Part shown: positions 51,141 through 61,961 of the stretch, piece by piece
Layout of the letters: each line of letters starts with the position of its first letter
Position numbering within the stretch: position 1 is the stretch's first letter
Translations under genes and position numbers: made by a program
Origin: Blastocatellia bacterium
GTDB lineage: Bacteria > Acidobacteriota > Blastocatellia > UBA7656
Assembly (NCBI GenBank): GCA_963765495.1
Contig: CAVXWP010000001.1
Coordinates: forward strand, 288,001-352,000
Length of the DNA: 64,000 bases
Direction: 5' to 3'
The notes under the pieces: model-generated
What the model saw: only the letters and a program-made list of their open reading frames with translations
Databases searched by the model: none
Told to the model about the DNA's origin: nothing

Positions 51141-52247
51141 CTAGAAGAGGCTTACCTTGACGCTCAGGTACTTTCTGGGATTCTGGCGGAAGTCATACAG
51201 AAGCTTTACCACTTCGGTAGACATTTGATTGACATTATTATAGAGCTTCTCATCGTGTAGAAGCTGACCGGCTGTGCCCTGCCCCTGTTGCAGGTTGTCG
51301 GAAATGGTTCGCAGGTTTGCGAGCGTTGCTTCCAGGTCGTTATAGAATTTCTCTTCCTTTACGAATTTGCCAAGTGTGCCGCGTCCTGCTTCGATATCGG
51401 CGGTGATGCGGTCAAACTTCGCTATCATATCGTTGGCCTTTGTCACGGCTTCGGCGGCCTGCTGATACAATCTTTCATCATTGAGCAGTTTCCCGGCCGT
51501 TCCCTTGCCTGCGCGCAAATCCGCAGCGATGACCTGTAACTCGTTGGTCGCTCCACGCAGATCGTTATAAAGGGTCGGATCGTTGAGCAGTTTGGGTATG
51601 GTTCCGTCGCCTTGCTGTATGCGTCTGACCAGCCCTTGAGCATCGACGACTGTGCGATTGAGATTTACATAAAGCGCGTCGTCGTGCAGTAACTGCCCGA
51701 TGGTTCCTTTGCCTTCATTTATGTCTTTTACGAGTTGCTGTAGCTGCTGGCCTACGACGTTGAACTGCACAAGGACATCGTTAGCGCCTCCGAAGACCTG
51801 AGCGAGACCGGCCACATCGGCGCTCTTGATGTCGGCTCCGTTCGGCAGTGGCTCGTAGCCTTGAGTGCCGGGCGTTATGTCGATAACGCGGTCGCCAAGA
51901 AACCCTTGCTGCGCGAGCACGGCCTGCGAGTCGCCCCGGATAAATCCGTCTACTTCACCGGGGTCGACCGTCATCGTCACCACGATTGGTTTCGCATTCG
52001 CGTCCGTAGGGACCTGCGATTGAAAGTCAACCGATTCGACTTTGCCCACGCGCTTTCCTGCCAGCCGCACTTCGTCGCCCGACTTGAGCCCTTCGGCCGC
52101 GTTCAGGTGCGTAGTGTAGGTCCGCGTGCTCTTGAATAATGCTATGTCGCCCGTGACCGACAGTATGAAAACTATCAGGATGACGATTGTCGCGACCGCC
52201 AGCAACCCGACGCGAAGCTCGGAAATTGTGGTCTTACTTCTGGGCAT
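51141..52247 (-). CDS. MCE/MlaD family protein
   Basis: N-terminal TM, GLKSGDEVRLAG.RVG.V, GFLGDRVIDITPG, GT.G.LL.D helical repeats. Confidence 0.9.
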   Translation of the reverse strand: MPRSKTTISELRVGLLAVATIVILIVFILSVTGDIALFKSTRTYTTHLNAAEGLKSGDEVRLAGKRVGKVESVDFQSQVPTDANAKPIVVTMTVDPGEVDGFIRGDSQAVLAQQGFLGDRVIDITPGTQGYEPLPNGADIKSADVAGLAQVFGGANDVLVQFNVVGQQLQQLVKDINEGKGTIGQLLHDDALYVNLNRTVVDAQGLVRRIQQGDGTIPKLLNDPTLYNDLRGATNELQVIAADLRAGKGTAGKLLNDERLYQQAAEAVTKANDMIAKFDRITADIEAGRGTLGKFVKEEKFYNDLEATLANLRTISDNLQQGQGTAGQLLHDEKLYNNVNQMSTEVVKLLYDFRQNPRKYLSVKVSLF

Positions 52248-52265
52248 AACTACCTCCTGGCTCTG

Positions 52266-53081
52266 TCAAACTTCAAGCAAGAAATTCTTGATGTAAGGAT
52301 CGGGCGATTCCCAGAGTTCTTCATCCGTACCGCTGAAAATCACCTTTCCCTGTTTGAGCATGATAAACCGCGTGTTTACGAGACACAAATTGCCCTGTTC
52401 GAGTTGAAACGCAACATCTCCGCTCTCGTTGATCGTGGCAAATTTCGATGACAATTGTTTTATGTCGTCTATTCTGTGAGTGACGAATATAGAGCTGACG
52501 CCCTCAAGGTCGCGGAGCTTTATGGCAAGTTCGAGAATCGTGCGGGCCGTCGGAGGGTCAAGCCCCGCCGTCGGCTCGTCGAACAGGACCAGCTTGGGGT
52601 TGCCCACGAGCGCGCGGGCTATGCCTACGCGGCGGCGCATGCCGCCAGATAACTCCGAGGGCATCATATACATGGACTGTTCGAGATTGACGAATCTCAA
52701 CATGCGTCGGACGTTCTCTTCTATTTCCGATTCGGGTACTCCCTGCTCGAACAACCTGTAGCCTACGTTTTCATAGACCGAAAGCGAATCAAACAACGCG
52801 CCGTCCTGAAAGACCATGCCGAGTTTTTGACGGACCTCTACCATCTTGCCTTCCGACAGACCTGTTATCTCTTCGCCGTCAATGAGTATCTGACCCGAAT
52901 TCGGCTTTATCAATCCCAGCACAAGCTTGAGTATGGTTGACTTGCCCGTGCCCGATCCACCCATCACGATCTTTGTTTCGCCCGGATTGACAAAGAAGCT
53001 TACTTCGTCGAGTATCACCCGATCATCGTAAGCCATAGTCACATCGCGAAATTCTATGGCGCTGTGAATCTCTTCAGTCAT
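52266..53081 (-). CDS. mlaF: MlaF-type ABC ATPase
   Basis: [27 protein letters not shown]. Confidence 0.88.
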   Translation of the reverse strand: MTEEIHSAIEFRDVTMAYDDRVILDEVSFFVNPGETKIVMGGSGTGKSTILKLVLGLIKPNSGQILIDGEEITGLSEGKMVEVRQKLGMVFQDGALFDSLSVYENVGYRLFEQGVPESEIEENVRRMLRFVNLEQSMYMMPSELSGGMRRRVGIARALVGNPKLVLFDEPTAGLDPPTARTILELAIKLRDLEGVSSIFVTHRIDDIKQLSSKFATINESGDVAFQLEQGNLCLVNTRFIMLKQGKVIFSGTDEELWESPDPYIKNFLLEV

Positions 53082-53090
53082 AACTTTTTA

Positions 53091-53209
53091 AGGGGCCAGG
53101 GGGCAGGGGCCGGGGATAAGCGATAGTCCTTTTAATATTTTGAACCGGCCCTGTAAGCAACAATGATGCATAGAGCCAACCGGCCCCCTGCCCCGAACCC
53201 TGGCCCCTG
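53091..53209. repeat. 7-mer-periodic inverted repeat (AGGGGCC)
   Basis: Fills the mlaE to mlaF gap. Confidence 0.85.
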
Positions 53210-53211
53210 TC

Positions 53212-53970
53212 TCACTGGCTGAAGGCCAGAATTATCTTTCCCAGGAAAAAATCCGCCGCAAGAATGAGAATATCCGATAACACGACGGCCTGTGTCGTGG
53301 ACCGTCCCACGCCGACCGTTCCCCCGGTTGTGCGCAATCCCGCGCGGCAGCTTACTATGGCTATGATAAAACCAAAGACCAGGGGCTTGACCATCCCGCC
53401 TATGATGTCGCTGTAGGTCAGGGCTTCTTTGGCGGCGCTGATATAGACCGAGCTTGCCACGTTCATCAGCGTGCTTGCCACTACCCAGCCGCCAAAGGCT
53501 CCGACTATGTCGGCTATGAGCGTCAAGGCCGGAGTCATCAACATCAGGGTAAAAAGCCTCGGCCAGACCAGCTTCTTTATAGGGTCGGTCCCAAGCGCTC
53601 GCATGGCGTCTACCTGTTCTGAGACGACCATCGAACCGAGTTCTGCGGCTATGGCGGAACCAACGCGCCCGGCTATCATCAAAGAGGCAAGCACGGGGCC
53701 CATCTCGCGCACGAGCGAAGTCATGACGAGCGTGCCGGTCACTCCGGTCGCGCCGAATGTCTTCAGCGTATCGGCGGTTTGAAGGGCGAGTATGCCTCCG
53801 GTGAAACCACCCGTGAGCACAATAATCATCAATGACCCGACCCCTATCGAGTCCATCTGCATTATGATGTCACGTAAATAGAAGGGCCGGGATAGCGCGC
53901 GCCCGAAGGCGCGGCCTGCCATAAGCGTTGATTCCTGTAGCTCGTATACGGCCTGTATGACTGGATTCAT
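53212..53970 (-). CDS. mlaE: MlaE-type permease
   Basis: REMGPV, AGRVGSAIAAELGSM, EQVDA, GVGRSTT. Confidence 0.92.
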   Translation of the reverse strand: MNPVIQAVYELQESTLMAGRAFGRALSRPFYLRDIIMQMDSIGVGSLMIIVLTGGFTGGILALQTADTLKTFGATGVTGTLVMTSLVREMGPVLASLMIAGRVGSAIAAELGSMVVSEQVDAMRALGTDPIKKLVWPRLFTLMLMTPALTLIADIVGAFGGWVVASTLMNVASSVYISAAKEALTYSDIIGGMVKPLVFGFIIAIVSCRAGLRTTGGTVGVGRSTTQAVVLSDILILAADFFLGKIILAFSQ

Positions 53971-54170
53971 CTATTCAAGCGTCCCCTGCCGATGAGAGAG
54001 CGAAAATTCCCGACTAATGTGGCTTCATATTGTGTCTCAGGCCGACCGCGCTACACTGGCTGAGTGACAATTATGATGAAGGTTTACAAAACGTCCGTCA
54101 AGTGGAACGGATAAACATAATTGCGTGGCCTCCCTACCCGGAACCATTCAGCTTTCCAAAATGCAGGATG

Positions 54171-54282
54171 GGAAAATTGAAATAGGCCACGGATTCGACG
54201 GATCAGACGGATTATCACGGATTTGGTTCTATAAGGTCTAATCCGCGTAAATCCGTCCGATCCGTCGAATCCGTGGCCTATT
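54171..54282. repeat. Near-perfect ~9-mer-periodic palindrome
   Basis: AATAGGCCACGGATTCGACGGATC ... GATCCGTCGAATCCGTGGCCTATT. Confidence 0.9.
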
Positions 54283-54500
54283 CCCACTTGCCTTCCGTTC
54301 AAATTAACCTGCAAAAATTTTGACGCATATTGTCGGCAACTAAAAAACTGAATGACCCGGCCTGGCTGCTGCTTCCACCTTTTATGACCTGAGTTACGGC
54401 TTGCCTGCGGCAGGTGCCGGGTCTAAAATTCACCCTTGAGTTTATACAACTAAACTTATAAGGCGAGCTATTCCGGCACAGACGAGAAACGGAAAAGGCT

Positions 54501-56252
54501 ATGAAGCAAAAGATCACGATCAGACAAGCCCTCGATGAGGTAGTCAGTAAAATGAGCGCCGTCATGTCGCGCGAAGAGATCGTGTCAGCCGTTCTGGAAC
54601 GTTTTCACTCAAAGGCCAAAAAACCCGCCACTTCTATAATGGAACAGGTCAGATGTCACCCTGATCTTGTGGCGCTCGGGGATGGGCATTATGCGCGAGC
54701 CGATTATGTGCTCGAGGGCGCGAAATTTCGGATCAAACCGGGCAATGATGAGATCGCCGCAGGCATTGTGAATCGCTCGTGGTTTCATCCGTTCGATAAG
54801 GTTATGCCCACGCACGCGAGCATATTCGCGCTCAAAGACGGGAGAGATATTCCCATGACGACCAGAGTGGTCGGGGTCGAGGAGCTTACCGATGAGCAAC
54901 TCAAATCCATGCTCGTCAATCTTGCGGAAAGGTTCCTGGGAGGGGTGGATACGGATGCGCTTGCCGCTCTAAACATATTTCAGGACGACGATCCTGATAC
55001 GGACGAACTTGCTCTGGCAGAACTGTTTTCGCTCGAAGCAGACGACGAGGAATTTGCCGACGAGATGGATGGGGAACTTGCAGAGAAGGAACTGCTTGAT
55101 CAAGCCAGGCAACTGATCAAGGCGCAGGGCGGGCAAGAGATCAAAGGACACAATTTCGAGCCTTTTTTCAAAGAGAATAAAGTGAAGGAAGGCGATTCGC
55201 TCATCGTTACCATCAGCCCTAAAACAAACACCTATATCTTCGAATACGAACCTGCGAGCGAGACTCAACGGCTCATAATCAGGCATCACGACCACGAGAT
55301 CAGCGAGTTTATACACCAGGCAATCAAGCGCGATATGCGTGTCGAGGCGCGTGATCTGATTTTTCAAGCCTACGGCAAATTCGTCTGGCTCAAGCAGTAC
55401 CCTTCAAATCACTGGCGCGAAATTGTCGAAAATGACGACCAGCTTCGTTTGATCACTATATTCGGCGATTACATCGAAATCGCCTCCATCGACTTTCACA
55501 TGATGCTCGATAGCCTGGGCATGGATGAGGTAACCCGGAAGAAACAGCACAAACGGTCGAAGATCATCCAGGAGGAGATCGACAGTTTCTGCGACAGGTT
55601 TGAAGAAGCTTCCAGCGCCGCCTGCGCAGATCTGACTACGGTCATTGATGCAGGCGGATTGGCAAATGTCATCCGTCCTGACCGGCGTCTTTGTGCGCCC
55701 GATGTTTTGCAGGAAGAGAGCGAAACAGATACGGGCGGGGACGGTAACGGCCATTTCGGACCCTTGCGAGTGGTAAAGGATTCAGAGGCCGTGCCGATAA
55801 TGGTTTATGACGAATGTGATTATCAGGCCATCAGCGAACACGATGAAAAGTTGATAGAGCAGTTCTTTGCGGGGATGGGGAAAAAGAGAACCGCCACCGC
55901 TCAGGCTGAAAAGAAAGCAGGCGATGTGGCTTTGTTTGCCGATTTCCTGGCCAGCTATCAGGACCGCGCTCTGGAGTATGCAGATTATGACTGTCTCGAA
56001 GAGTTCTTCTTCATGTGGTATCCGCGAAAGGTGCTAAACTCGTCGCCCGCCCACATCAGGCAAATGTTTACGAACCTGCGCGAGTTTTATCAGTTTCTCG
56101 TAAAAGCGAACTATATTCGAAGCGCCAAATTTGCCGAGGCAATTTTCAACTTGCGAGAGCTGGCCGCCGAAAAGGTCAAATTGTATGACCGGCTGCCGTA
56201 CGGAAACGATTACCACCCGCTGTTTGAAAAGCTTTTTGGCCTGGACTGGTAA
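54501..56252 (+). CDS. Hypothetical acidic protein
   Basis: 583-aa ORF with plausible composition; no confident family. Confidence 0.75.
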   Translation: MKQKITIRQALDEVVSKMSAVMSREEIVSAVLERFHSKAKKPATSIMEQVRCHPDLVALGDGHYARADYVLEGAKFRIKPGNDEIAAGIVNRSWFHPFDKVMPTHASIFALKDGRDIPMTTRVVGVEELTDEQLKSMLVNLAERFLGGVDTDALAALNIFQDDDPDTDELALAELFSLEADDEEFADEMDGELAEKELLDQARQLIKAQGGQEIKGHNFEPFFKENKVKEGDSLIVTISPKTNTYIFEYEPASETQRLIIRHHDHEISEFIHQAIKRDMRVEARDLIFQAYGKFVWLKQYPSNHWREIVENDDQLRLITIFGDYIEIASIDFHMMLDSLGMDEVTRKKQHKRSKIIQEEIDSFCDRFEEASSAACADLTTVIDAGGLANVIRPDRRLCAPDVLQEESETDTGGDGNGHFGPLRVVKDSEAVPIMVYDECDYQAISEHDEKLIEQFFAGMGKKRTATAQAEKKAGDVALFADFLASYQDRALEYADYDCLEEFFFMWYPRKVLNSSPAHIRQMFTNLREFYQFLVKANYIRSAKFAEAIFNLRELAAEKVKLYDRLPYGNDYHPLFEKLFGLDW

Positions 56253-56359
56253 TGCGTGAATCGTGATGCGTGACTTACAGACGGGCTGCATGTTTTAGAC
56301 AGTTTGCCGACTTTGTAAATCACGCATCACGATTCACGATTCACGATTCACGATTCACG
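56252..56359. repeat. 7-mer-periodic inverted repeat (CACGATT)
   Basis: TGCGTGA ATCGTGA TGCGTGA with TCACGCA then TCACGAT x4. Confidence 0.9.
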
Positions 56360-56388
56360 TATAACAGGCTTCAGGAGGAGGAGAGATA

Positions 56389-57147
56389 ATGGAATATATA
56401 AAGCGCGAAATCGAGGACGGCTTGTTGATTATGACCATGTCCAGAAGCAGGGCCAATGCCTTGAATCGTGATATGGTCGAACAAATGTGCTCGGTACTTG
56501 ATGAAGCGGCTGCGGATGAAAAAATTCGCGCGCTTGTTATTGCAAGCGACCAGCCGAGGTTTTTTTCTGCCGGGTTCGATCTGAAGGAGGTCTTTGATTA
56601 TGACCGGGCTCAGATGACGGAATTCTTTGGCCGCTTTATTGACCTGTACCAGGGACTCAACCATCTGCCGCTGCCTGTGGTGGCTGCCGTCTCGGGCCAC
56701 GCCTTCGCGGGCGGTGCGGTGCTTGCGCTCGCCGCCGATGTCCGCATCCTGGCCGATGGTGATTATGGTTTCGCCTTAAATGAAATCAAGCTGGGGCTTG
56801 TGCTGCCGCCCCGCATGATGAGTATGCTGCTTAATGCGACGGGGCCGGGACCGGCGCGCTGGATTCTTCTCTCAGGCGATGCGCTCTCGCCCTCAGAGGC
56901 GCTCTCCACAAGAGTAGCAAACGAACTTGCCCCGCCCGACTCCGTGCTTGAACGCGCAAAAGCAACGGCCCGACTGCTTTCGGAAAGACCCCCCTCGGCC
57001 TTCGCCGCCTTCAAGCAGGCCCTCGCAGGTGCCGCCGGTCACGCCGAACTTGACGACCATCGCTACCTGTCGGAGTTCATTGACAGATGGTTTTCCGATG
57101 AGGCCGAAGAACGCAAACGCGCCACTGCCGAAACCCTCAAAAGATGA
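56389..57147 (+). CDS. Enoyl-CoA hydratase/isomerase family
   Basis: NAL, FSAGFDL, GHAFAGG, NEIKLG; AGGAGGAGG SD. Confidence 0.92.
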   Translation: MEYIKREIEDGLLIMTMSRSRANALNRDMVEQMCSVLDEAAADEKIRALVIASDQPRFFSAGFDLKEVFDYDRAQMTEFFGRFIDLYQGLNHLPLPVVAAVSGHAFAGGAVLALAADVRILADGDYGFALNEIKLGLVLPPRMMSMLLNATGPGPARWILLSGDALSPSEALSTRVANELAPPDSVLERAKATARLLSERPPSAFAAFKQALAGAAGHAELDDHRYLSEFIDRWFSDEAEERKRATAETLKR

Positions 57148-57274
57148 AACCCTCAAAGACATCTCCGCGTCGTTTTTGAGCCGCTTCCTGCCCCGTATTT
57201 TGCGTGATTTGAGCATAGGTGAAGTCCAACTCATATTTTTGAGTAAAAACATGTAGAGATATTCAAGAAATGGC

Positions 57275-57303
57275 TTGACACCAAAAGCGAGTTTCCATAG
57301 CAT
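57275..57303 (+). promoter_or_regulatory. Sigma70-type promoter of the monooxygenase array
   Basis: TTGACA-17 nt-TAGCAT. Confidence 0.6.
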
Positions 57304-57361
57304 GAGAGGGCTCAAAAATTCAGTTTTTGCGATGTATTCACTCAACCGGCAAGGAGACAGC

Positions 57362-58834
57362 ATGACCTCGAAGAAGTTCCCCCTTTCACTGCTCATAGTT
57401 TTCGGCCTTTTCATAGGCGGGGTCTTCGGCACAAGCAGCGCGGACTCTAAAAAAGCGGACTCTAAAAAAGAAGTGACATTCAGCAAAGATGTTGCGCCGA
57501 TCTTCTTCAGCAACTGCGTGCAGTGTCACAAGGCCAAAGATATAGCGCCGATGTCTCTGGTAACTTATAAAGAAGCGCGTCCGTGGGCGCGTTCGATAAA
57601 AGAGAAAGTCGTGACGCGCGAGATGCCGCCCTGGCACGCCGACCCGCATTACGGTCAGTTCAGCAACGCGCACGTGCTGACCGAAAAAGAGATTGACACG
57701 ATTGCCACCTGGGTAGATCAGGGAGCGAAAGAGGGCAATCCGAAAGACCTCCCGCCCGTGCCCGATTTCGTCAAGGGCGGATGGGAGATTGGAAAGCCCG
57801 ACGTAGTGTTCTCCATGCAGGAAGAGTACACGGTTGAAGTAGACGCGCCCGACAACTACATCAACTTCTTTATCCCTACCAACTTCAAAGAAGACAGATG
57901 GATTCAGGCGGCAGAGATTCATCCGGGCAACAAGACGGTTGTCCATCACGTGATTGCCTTTATACAGACGCCCGAAAAAATGGCCCGGATGAAGGAGCGC
58001 GAGAAAAATGGAGAGACCCGGCGCGAAGAGCAGTCGGGCATCTTTTACAAAGACGGCACGCTCCAGCGCGTCAAGATGGACGCGCCCGTGATTGATGATC
58101 TGTGCAGTTACAAGCCGCCCGAGGGGCAGCAGCGCCGCCGTCGCTCAAATGATGAAGACGGGGCCGATGCCTTTGGCTCTCTGCTTGCGGGTTACGCGCC
58201 GGGCAAAGAGGTTGATCGCTGGCCCGCCGGTATGGCCAAAAAGGTTCCCGCAGGCTCTATCATCATGTTTCAGGTACACTACTCGAACGTATTCAAAGGC
58301 GTCGAGAGCAAGCCGGTCAAGGACCGCACAAGCATAGGGCTCGTCTTTGCGAAAGAGCCGCCAAAGAAAGCCATCGTGACCTTAGGCGTTTCAAACGTGA
58401 TGTTCAAGATACCGTCTGAGGCTGAAAATCATGAGGTCACGGCTTGCTTCACGTTCCCGCGCGATGTCGAGATCATAGATTACATGCCGCACATGCATCT
58501 GCGCGGCAAGGACATGCGCTATGATGTGGTCTATCCCGACGGCAAGACCGACACCTTGCTCTGGGTTCCAAATTTCAACTTCAACTGGCAGACCATGTAT
58601 TTGCCTGCCAGGCCGGTTGCTATTCCGAAGGGAACAAAGCTGATAGTGACCGCTCATTTCAACAACTCGAAGACGAACAGATGGAATCCCGATCCGACGA
58701 AGCCTGTCAGGTGGGGCGATCCTACCTATGACGAGATGATGATTGGCTGGCTCGATTTCGTCGTAGACAATCCGGCGAAACAGGACATGCCAAATCCGCC
58801 GGCTGCGCAGGCTTCTCAGACCGGAAAGCGTTAG
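57362..58834 (+). CDS. Exported cytochrome c + PHM-type copper monooxygenase domain protein (paralog 1)
   Basis: CVQCH; VVHH, QVHY, PHMH, DEMM; AAGGAG SD. Confidence 0.85.
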   Translation: MTSKKFPLSLLIVFGLFIGGVFGTSSADSKKADSKKEVTFSKDVAPIFFSNCVQCHKAKDIAPMSLVTYKEARPWARSIKEKVVTREMPPWHADPHYGQFSNAHVLTEKEIDTIATWVDQGAKEGNPKDLPPVPDFVKGGWEIGKPDVVFSMQEEYTVEVDAPDNYINFFIPTNFKEDRWIQAAEIHPGNKTVVHHVIAFIQTPEKMARMKEREKNGETRREEQSGIFYKDGTLQRVKMDAPVIDDLCSYKPPEGQQRRRRSNDEDGADAFGSLLAGYAPGKEVDRWPAGMAKKVPAGSIIMFQVHYSNVFKGVESKPVKDRTSIGLVFAKEPPKKAIVTLGVSNVMFKIPSEAENHEVTACFTFPRDVEIIDYMPHMHLRGKDMRYDVVYPDGKTDTLLWVPNFNFNWQTMYLPARPVAIPKGTKLIVTAHFNNSKTNRWNPDPTKPVRWGDPTYDEMMIGWLDFVVDNPAKQDMPNPPAAQASQTGKR

Positions 58835-59013
58835 AGCGACTTCCAGCAAATGTAGGGGCAGTCACAATAAATGTACTCATTCGAGCTGCCCTGCATTTAA
58901 TCTGAATTCGATCATATCGCTACGCGCAAAACCACAGTGGAACCGACCGGACGCGCCTTATTTCAAAGGCTGCGGCCGAACTATCTTTCTCTCCAATCAG
59001 GAGGTGCTTCATC

Positions 59014-60453
59014 GTGAGGAAAAAGCTCGTTGCTTCATTAGCCGCAAGTCTACTTTTAGCGGTTTGCTTTATCGCCCTGCCCGCAAGCCAGGCAAACGAT
59101 GCGAAGAAGGGCGCGAAGTCGGCCGTGACTTTTAATAAAGACGTGGCCCCGATACTCTACAAAGACTGCGCGCAGTGCCATCGGCCCAACGACATAGCTC
59201 CGATGTCGCTGTTGAGCTACAAGGAAGCGCGCCCGTGGGCACGCTCCATCAAAGAGAAGGTCGTAACGCGCCAGATGCCTCCCTGGGACGCGGACCCGAA
59301 ATACGGCGAGTTCTCAAATGTTCATCGGCTCTCGGACCGCGACATTGACACTATATCTCGTTGGGTGGATCAGGGAGCGATAGAGGGCAACCCGAAAGAC
59401 CTCCCGCCCGTGCCCGATTTTGTTGAAGGCGGTTGGGAAATAGGCAAACCCGATGTTGTGCTCTCCATGCAGGAAGAGTACACGGTCGAGGTTGACGCGC
59501 CCGACAACTATATCAACTTCACCATCCCCACAAACTTCAAAGAAGACAAATGGATTCAGGCGGCAGAGATTCATCCGGGCAACAAGACGGTCGTCCATCA
59601 CGTGATCGCCTTTATTATGACGCCTGAGACAAAGGCAAGAATCGGAGCGGCCCTCAAGAAGAACGGGATATTCGGTCGCCCGAAACAGAACCCCGACTCT
59701 ATCTTTTATAAAGACGGCACGCTGCGGCGGGTCAAGATGGATGCGCCCGTCTATGACGACGGATGCTCGGTTGAGGAAGGAGTGCGCTCGGGCACGAGCG
59801 ACGGCAACCGGCTCGGCGCATTGCTTGCCGGATACGCTCCGGGCAAGGGCGTTGATCTGTGGCCCGCAGGGACGGCCAAAAAGGTTCCCGCCGGTTCCGA
59901 CATCGTATTTCAGATGCACTACTCAAACGTATTCAACGGTGTAGCCGAAAAGGCCGTAAAGGACCGCACAAGCATAGGGCTGATCTTTGCCAAAAAGCCG
60001 CCCGAGAAAGAGATCATCACCTACGCGATCTCGAACCACTCTTTCAAGATTCCGGCAGGCGAAGGGGATCACGAAGTCACGGCCTGTCAGACTCTCAAGA
60101 TGGACGCCGAGATTCTGAATTACATGCCGCACATGCACCTGCGCGGCAAAGACATGCGCTACGACGTGGTCTATCCCGACGGCAAAACGGACACGCTGCT
60201 CTGGGTCCCGAAGTTCAACTTCAACTGGCAGACGACCTATTATGTGAAGAAGCCCATAACCATACCAAAAGGAACGAAATTTATAATAACGGCTCACTTC
60301 GACAACTCGACCAAGAACAAGTATAATCCTGATCCCAAGAAAGATGTGCGATGGGGCGATCCCACCTATGACGAGATGATGATAGGCTGGATGGATCTGC
60401 TCATACCGAATCGCGACAAACAGGAGACCGCTGCGAAGGCTGGCGGTAAATAG
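59014..60453 (+). CDS. Cytochrome c + PHM-type monooxygenase (paralog 2)
   Basis: CAQCH; VVHH, QMHY, PHMH, DEMM. Confidence 0.85.
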   Translation: MRKKLVASLAASLLLAVCFIALPASQANDAKKGAKSAVTFNKDVAPILYKDCAQCHRPNDIAPMSLLSYKEARPWARSIKEKVVTRQMPPWDADPKYGEFSNVHRLSDRDIDTISRWVDQGAIEGNPKDLPPVPDFVEGGWEIGKPDVVLSMQEEYTVEVDAPDNYINFTIPTNFKEDKWIQAAEIHPGNKTVVHHVIAFIMTPETKARIGAALKKNGIFGRPKQNPDSIFYKDGTLRRVKMDAPVYDDGCSVEEGVRSGTSDGNRLGALLAGYAPGKGVDLWPAGTAKKVPAGSDIVFQMHYSNVFNGVAEKAVKDRTSIGLIFAKKPPEKEIITYAISNHSFKIPAGEGDHEVTACQTLKMDAEILNYMPHMHLRGKDMRYDVVYPDGKTDTLLWVPKFNFNWQTTYYVKKPITIPKGTKFIITAHFDNSTKNKYNPDPKKDVRWGDPTYDEMMIGWMDLLIPNRDKQETAAKAGGK

Positions 60454-60503
60454 CTCGAAGCCGAATCCGCAGTCGGCCGTGAGCCGACAGGGAGGCACTG
60501 ATT

Positions 60504-61748
60504 ATGAGGAGACCGCTTAGCGTTTTAGCAGCCGTCGTTTTCCTTGGGGCAGTCTGTTTTATCGCGCAGCCTGTGGGCCGCACGGATGATGCGAAAAAAG
60601 AGGAGAAGCCCCTCGTCACATTCAGCAAAGATGTCGCGCCGATATTTTTCAAGAACTGTGTGCAATGCCACCGTCCCGGAGAGATCGCGCCGATGTCGCT
60701 GTTGAGCTACAAGGAGGCCCGCCCGTGGGCGCGCTCGATAAAAGAGAAAGTCGTTACGGGCGATATGCCGCCGTGGCACGCCGACCCGCATTACGGCGAA
60801 TTTGTAAACGACCGCAGGCTCAGCCAGAAAGATGTTGAAACTATTTCGCAATGGGTCGAGCAGGGGGCAGTAGAAGGCAATCCGAAAGACATGCCTGCCG
60901 CGCCCGTCTTTCTCGACGGATGGAACATCGGCAAACCCGACGCGATCTTCTATCTGCCCGAAGAGTTCGCCGTGCCGAGCGAAGGCGAAGTGCCTTACAA
61001 ATACTTCAATGTGCCCACGAATTTCAAAGAAGACATGTGGGTGCAGGCGGCAGAGATTCGACCGGGCGAGCGTTCGGTCGTTCACCACATAATAGTATTT
61101 TCTCAAAAAGGGACCGAGCGAAAACTGCTTGCGGGGTATGCGCCCGGCGAGCAGCCCGCGATCATTCCAAAAGGGTTGGGCCGCAAGATACCTGCCGGGG
61201 CTACTCTCACCTTTCAGGTGCATTACACGCCAAACGGCAAAGCGACAAAAGACCGTTCGTATATCGGTTTGATCTTTGCCAAAGAGACGCCGAAGCACGA
61301 CATAATGACGCGCCCGATCATGAACGGGAAATTTGTGATTCCGCCGGGCAATCCGAGCTATAAGGTCGAATCGACTTACACCTTCAAGGAAGATGTGCAT
61401 ATCGTATCGCTTATGCCTCACATGCATTATCGAGGCAAAGACTTTGAGTATCGCATCACCTATCCCGACGGCAAATCCGAGGTGATTTTGTCGGTGCCGA
61501 AATATGATTTCGGCTGGCAGAGTTATTATCTGTTGAAGCAATCATTAGCCGCGCCCAAGGGCACGCGCATCGATTGCCTGGCGCATTTCGATAATTCGGC
61601 CAGAAACCGCTACAACCCCGACCCGACAAAAGAGGTCCGCTGGGGCGATCAAACATGGGAAGAGATGATGATCGGCTGGATCAGTTTCACTCGCGATAAC
61701 GAAGAGGAAAAGCAGTCGGATGTGGCTACGGCCGGGCAAAGTCAATAG
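60504..61748 (+). CDS. Cytochrome c + PHM-type monooxygenase (paralog 3)
   Basis: CVQCH; VVHH, QVHY, PHMH, EEMM. Confidence 0.85.
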   Translation: MRRPLSVLAAVVFLGAVCFIAQPVGRTDDAKKEEKPLVTFSKDVAPIFFKNCVQCHRPGEIAPMSLLSYKEARPWARSIKEKVVTGDMPPWHADPHYGEFVNDRRLSQKDVETISQWVEQGAVEGNPKDMPAAPVFLDGWNIGKPDAIFYLPEEFAVPSEGEVPYKYFNVPTNFKEDMWVQAAEIRPGERSVVHHIIVFSQKGTERKLLAGYAPGEQPAIIPKGLGRKIPAGATLTFQVHYTPNGKATKDRSYIGLIFAKETPKHDIMTRPIMNGKFVIPPGNPSYKVESTYTFKEDVHIVSLMPHMHYRGKDFEYRITYPDGKSEVILSVPKYDFGWQSYYLLKQSLAAPKGTRIDCLAHFDNSARNRYNPDPTKEVRWGDQTWEEMMIGWISFTRDNEEEKQSDVATAGQSQ

Positions 61749-61772
61749 AAGTATTCAGCCGATGAAATGACT

Positions 61773-61824
61773 AACTTAAAAGGGCCGATCCATCTCACGC
61801 AGATTGGGGAGGCCCTTTTAAGTT
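61773..61824. terminator. Hairpin between paralogs 3 and 4
   Basis: 14-bp stem AACTTAAAAGGGCC / GGCCCTTTTAAGTT. Confidence 0.55.
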
Positions 61825-61865
61825 CAACAGACACGCAAAAGAGTATCTGTTCAGAAAGGAAAAAT

Positions 61866-61925
61866 GCCACAGAGACACAAAGGCACAGAGTTATTTTAAT
61901 AATCTTTTCTCTATGCCTCTGTGGC
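61866..61925. repeat. 8-mer-periodic palindrome (CACAGAG family)
   Basis: GCCACAGAG ACACAAAG GCACAGAG / CTCTATGC CTCTGTGGC. Confidence 0.8.
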
Positions 61926-61961
61926 TAATGCTGAACCCTTTTGCAAAAGGAGAGATAAGGA

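Noticed and set aside
51200-51730. GT.G.LL.D repeats in the MCE protein
   Set aside because: Common helical repeat in long MlaD-family proteins.
54501-56252. Integrase or prophage boundary
   Set aside because: No tyrosine-recombinase catalytic residues, att sites or phage genes recognised.
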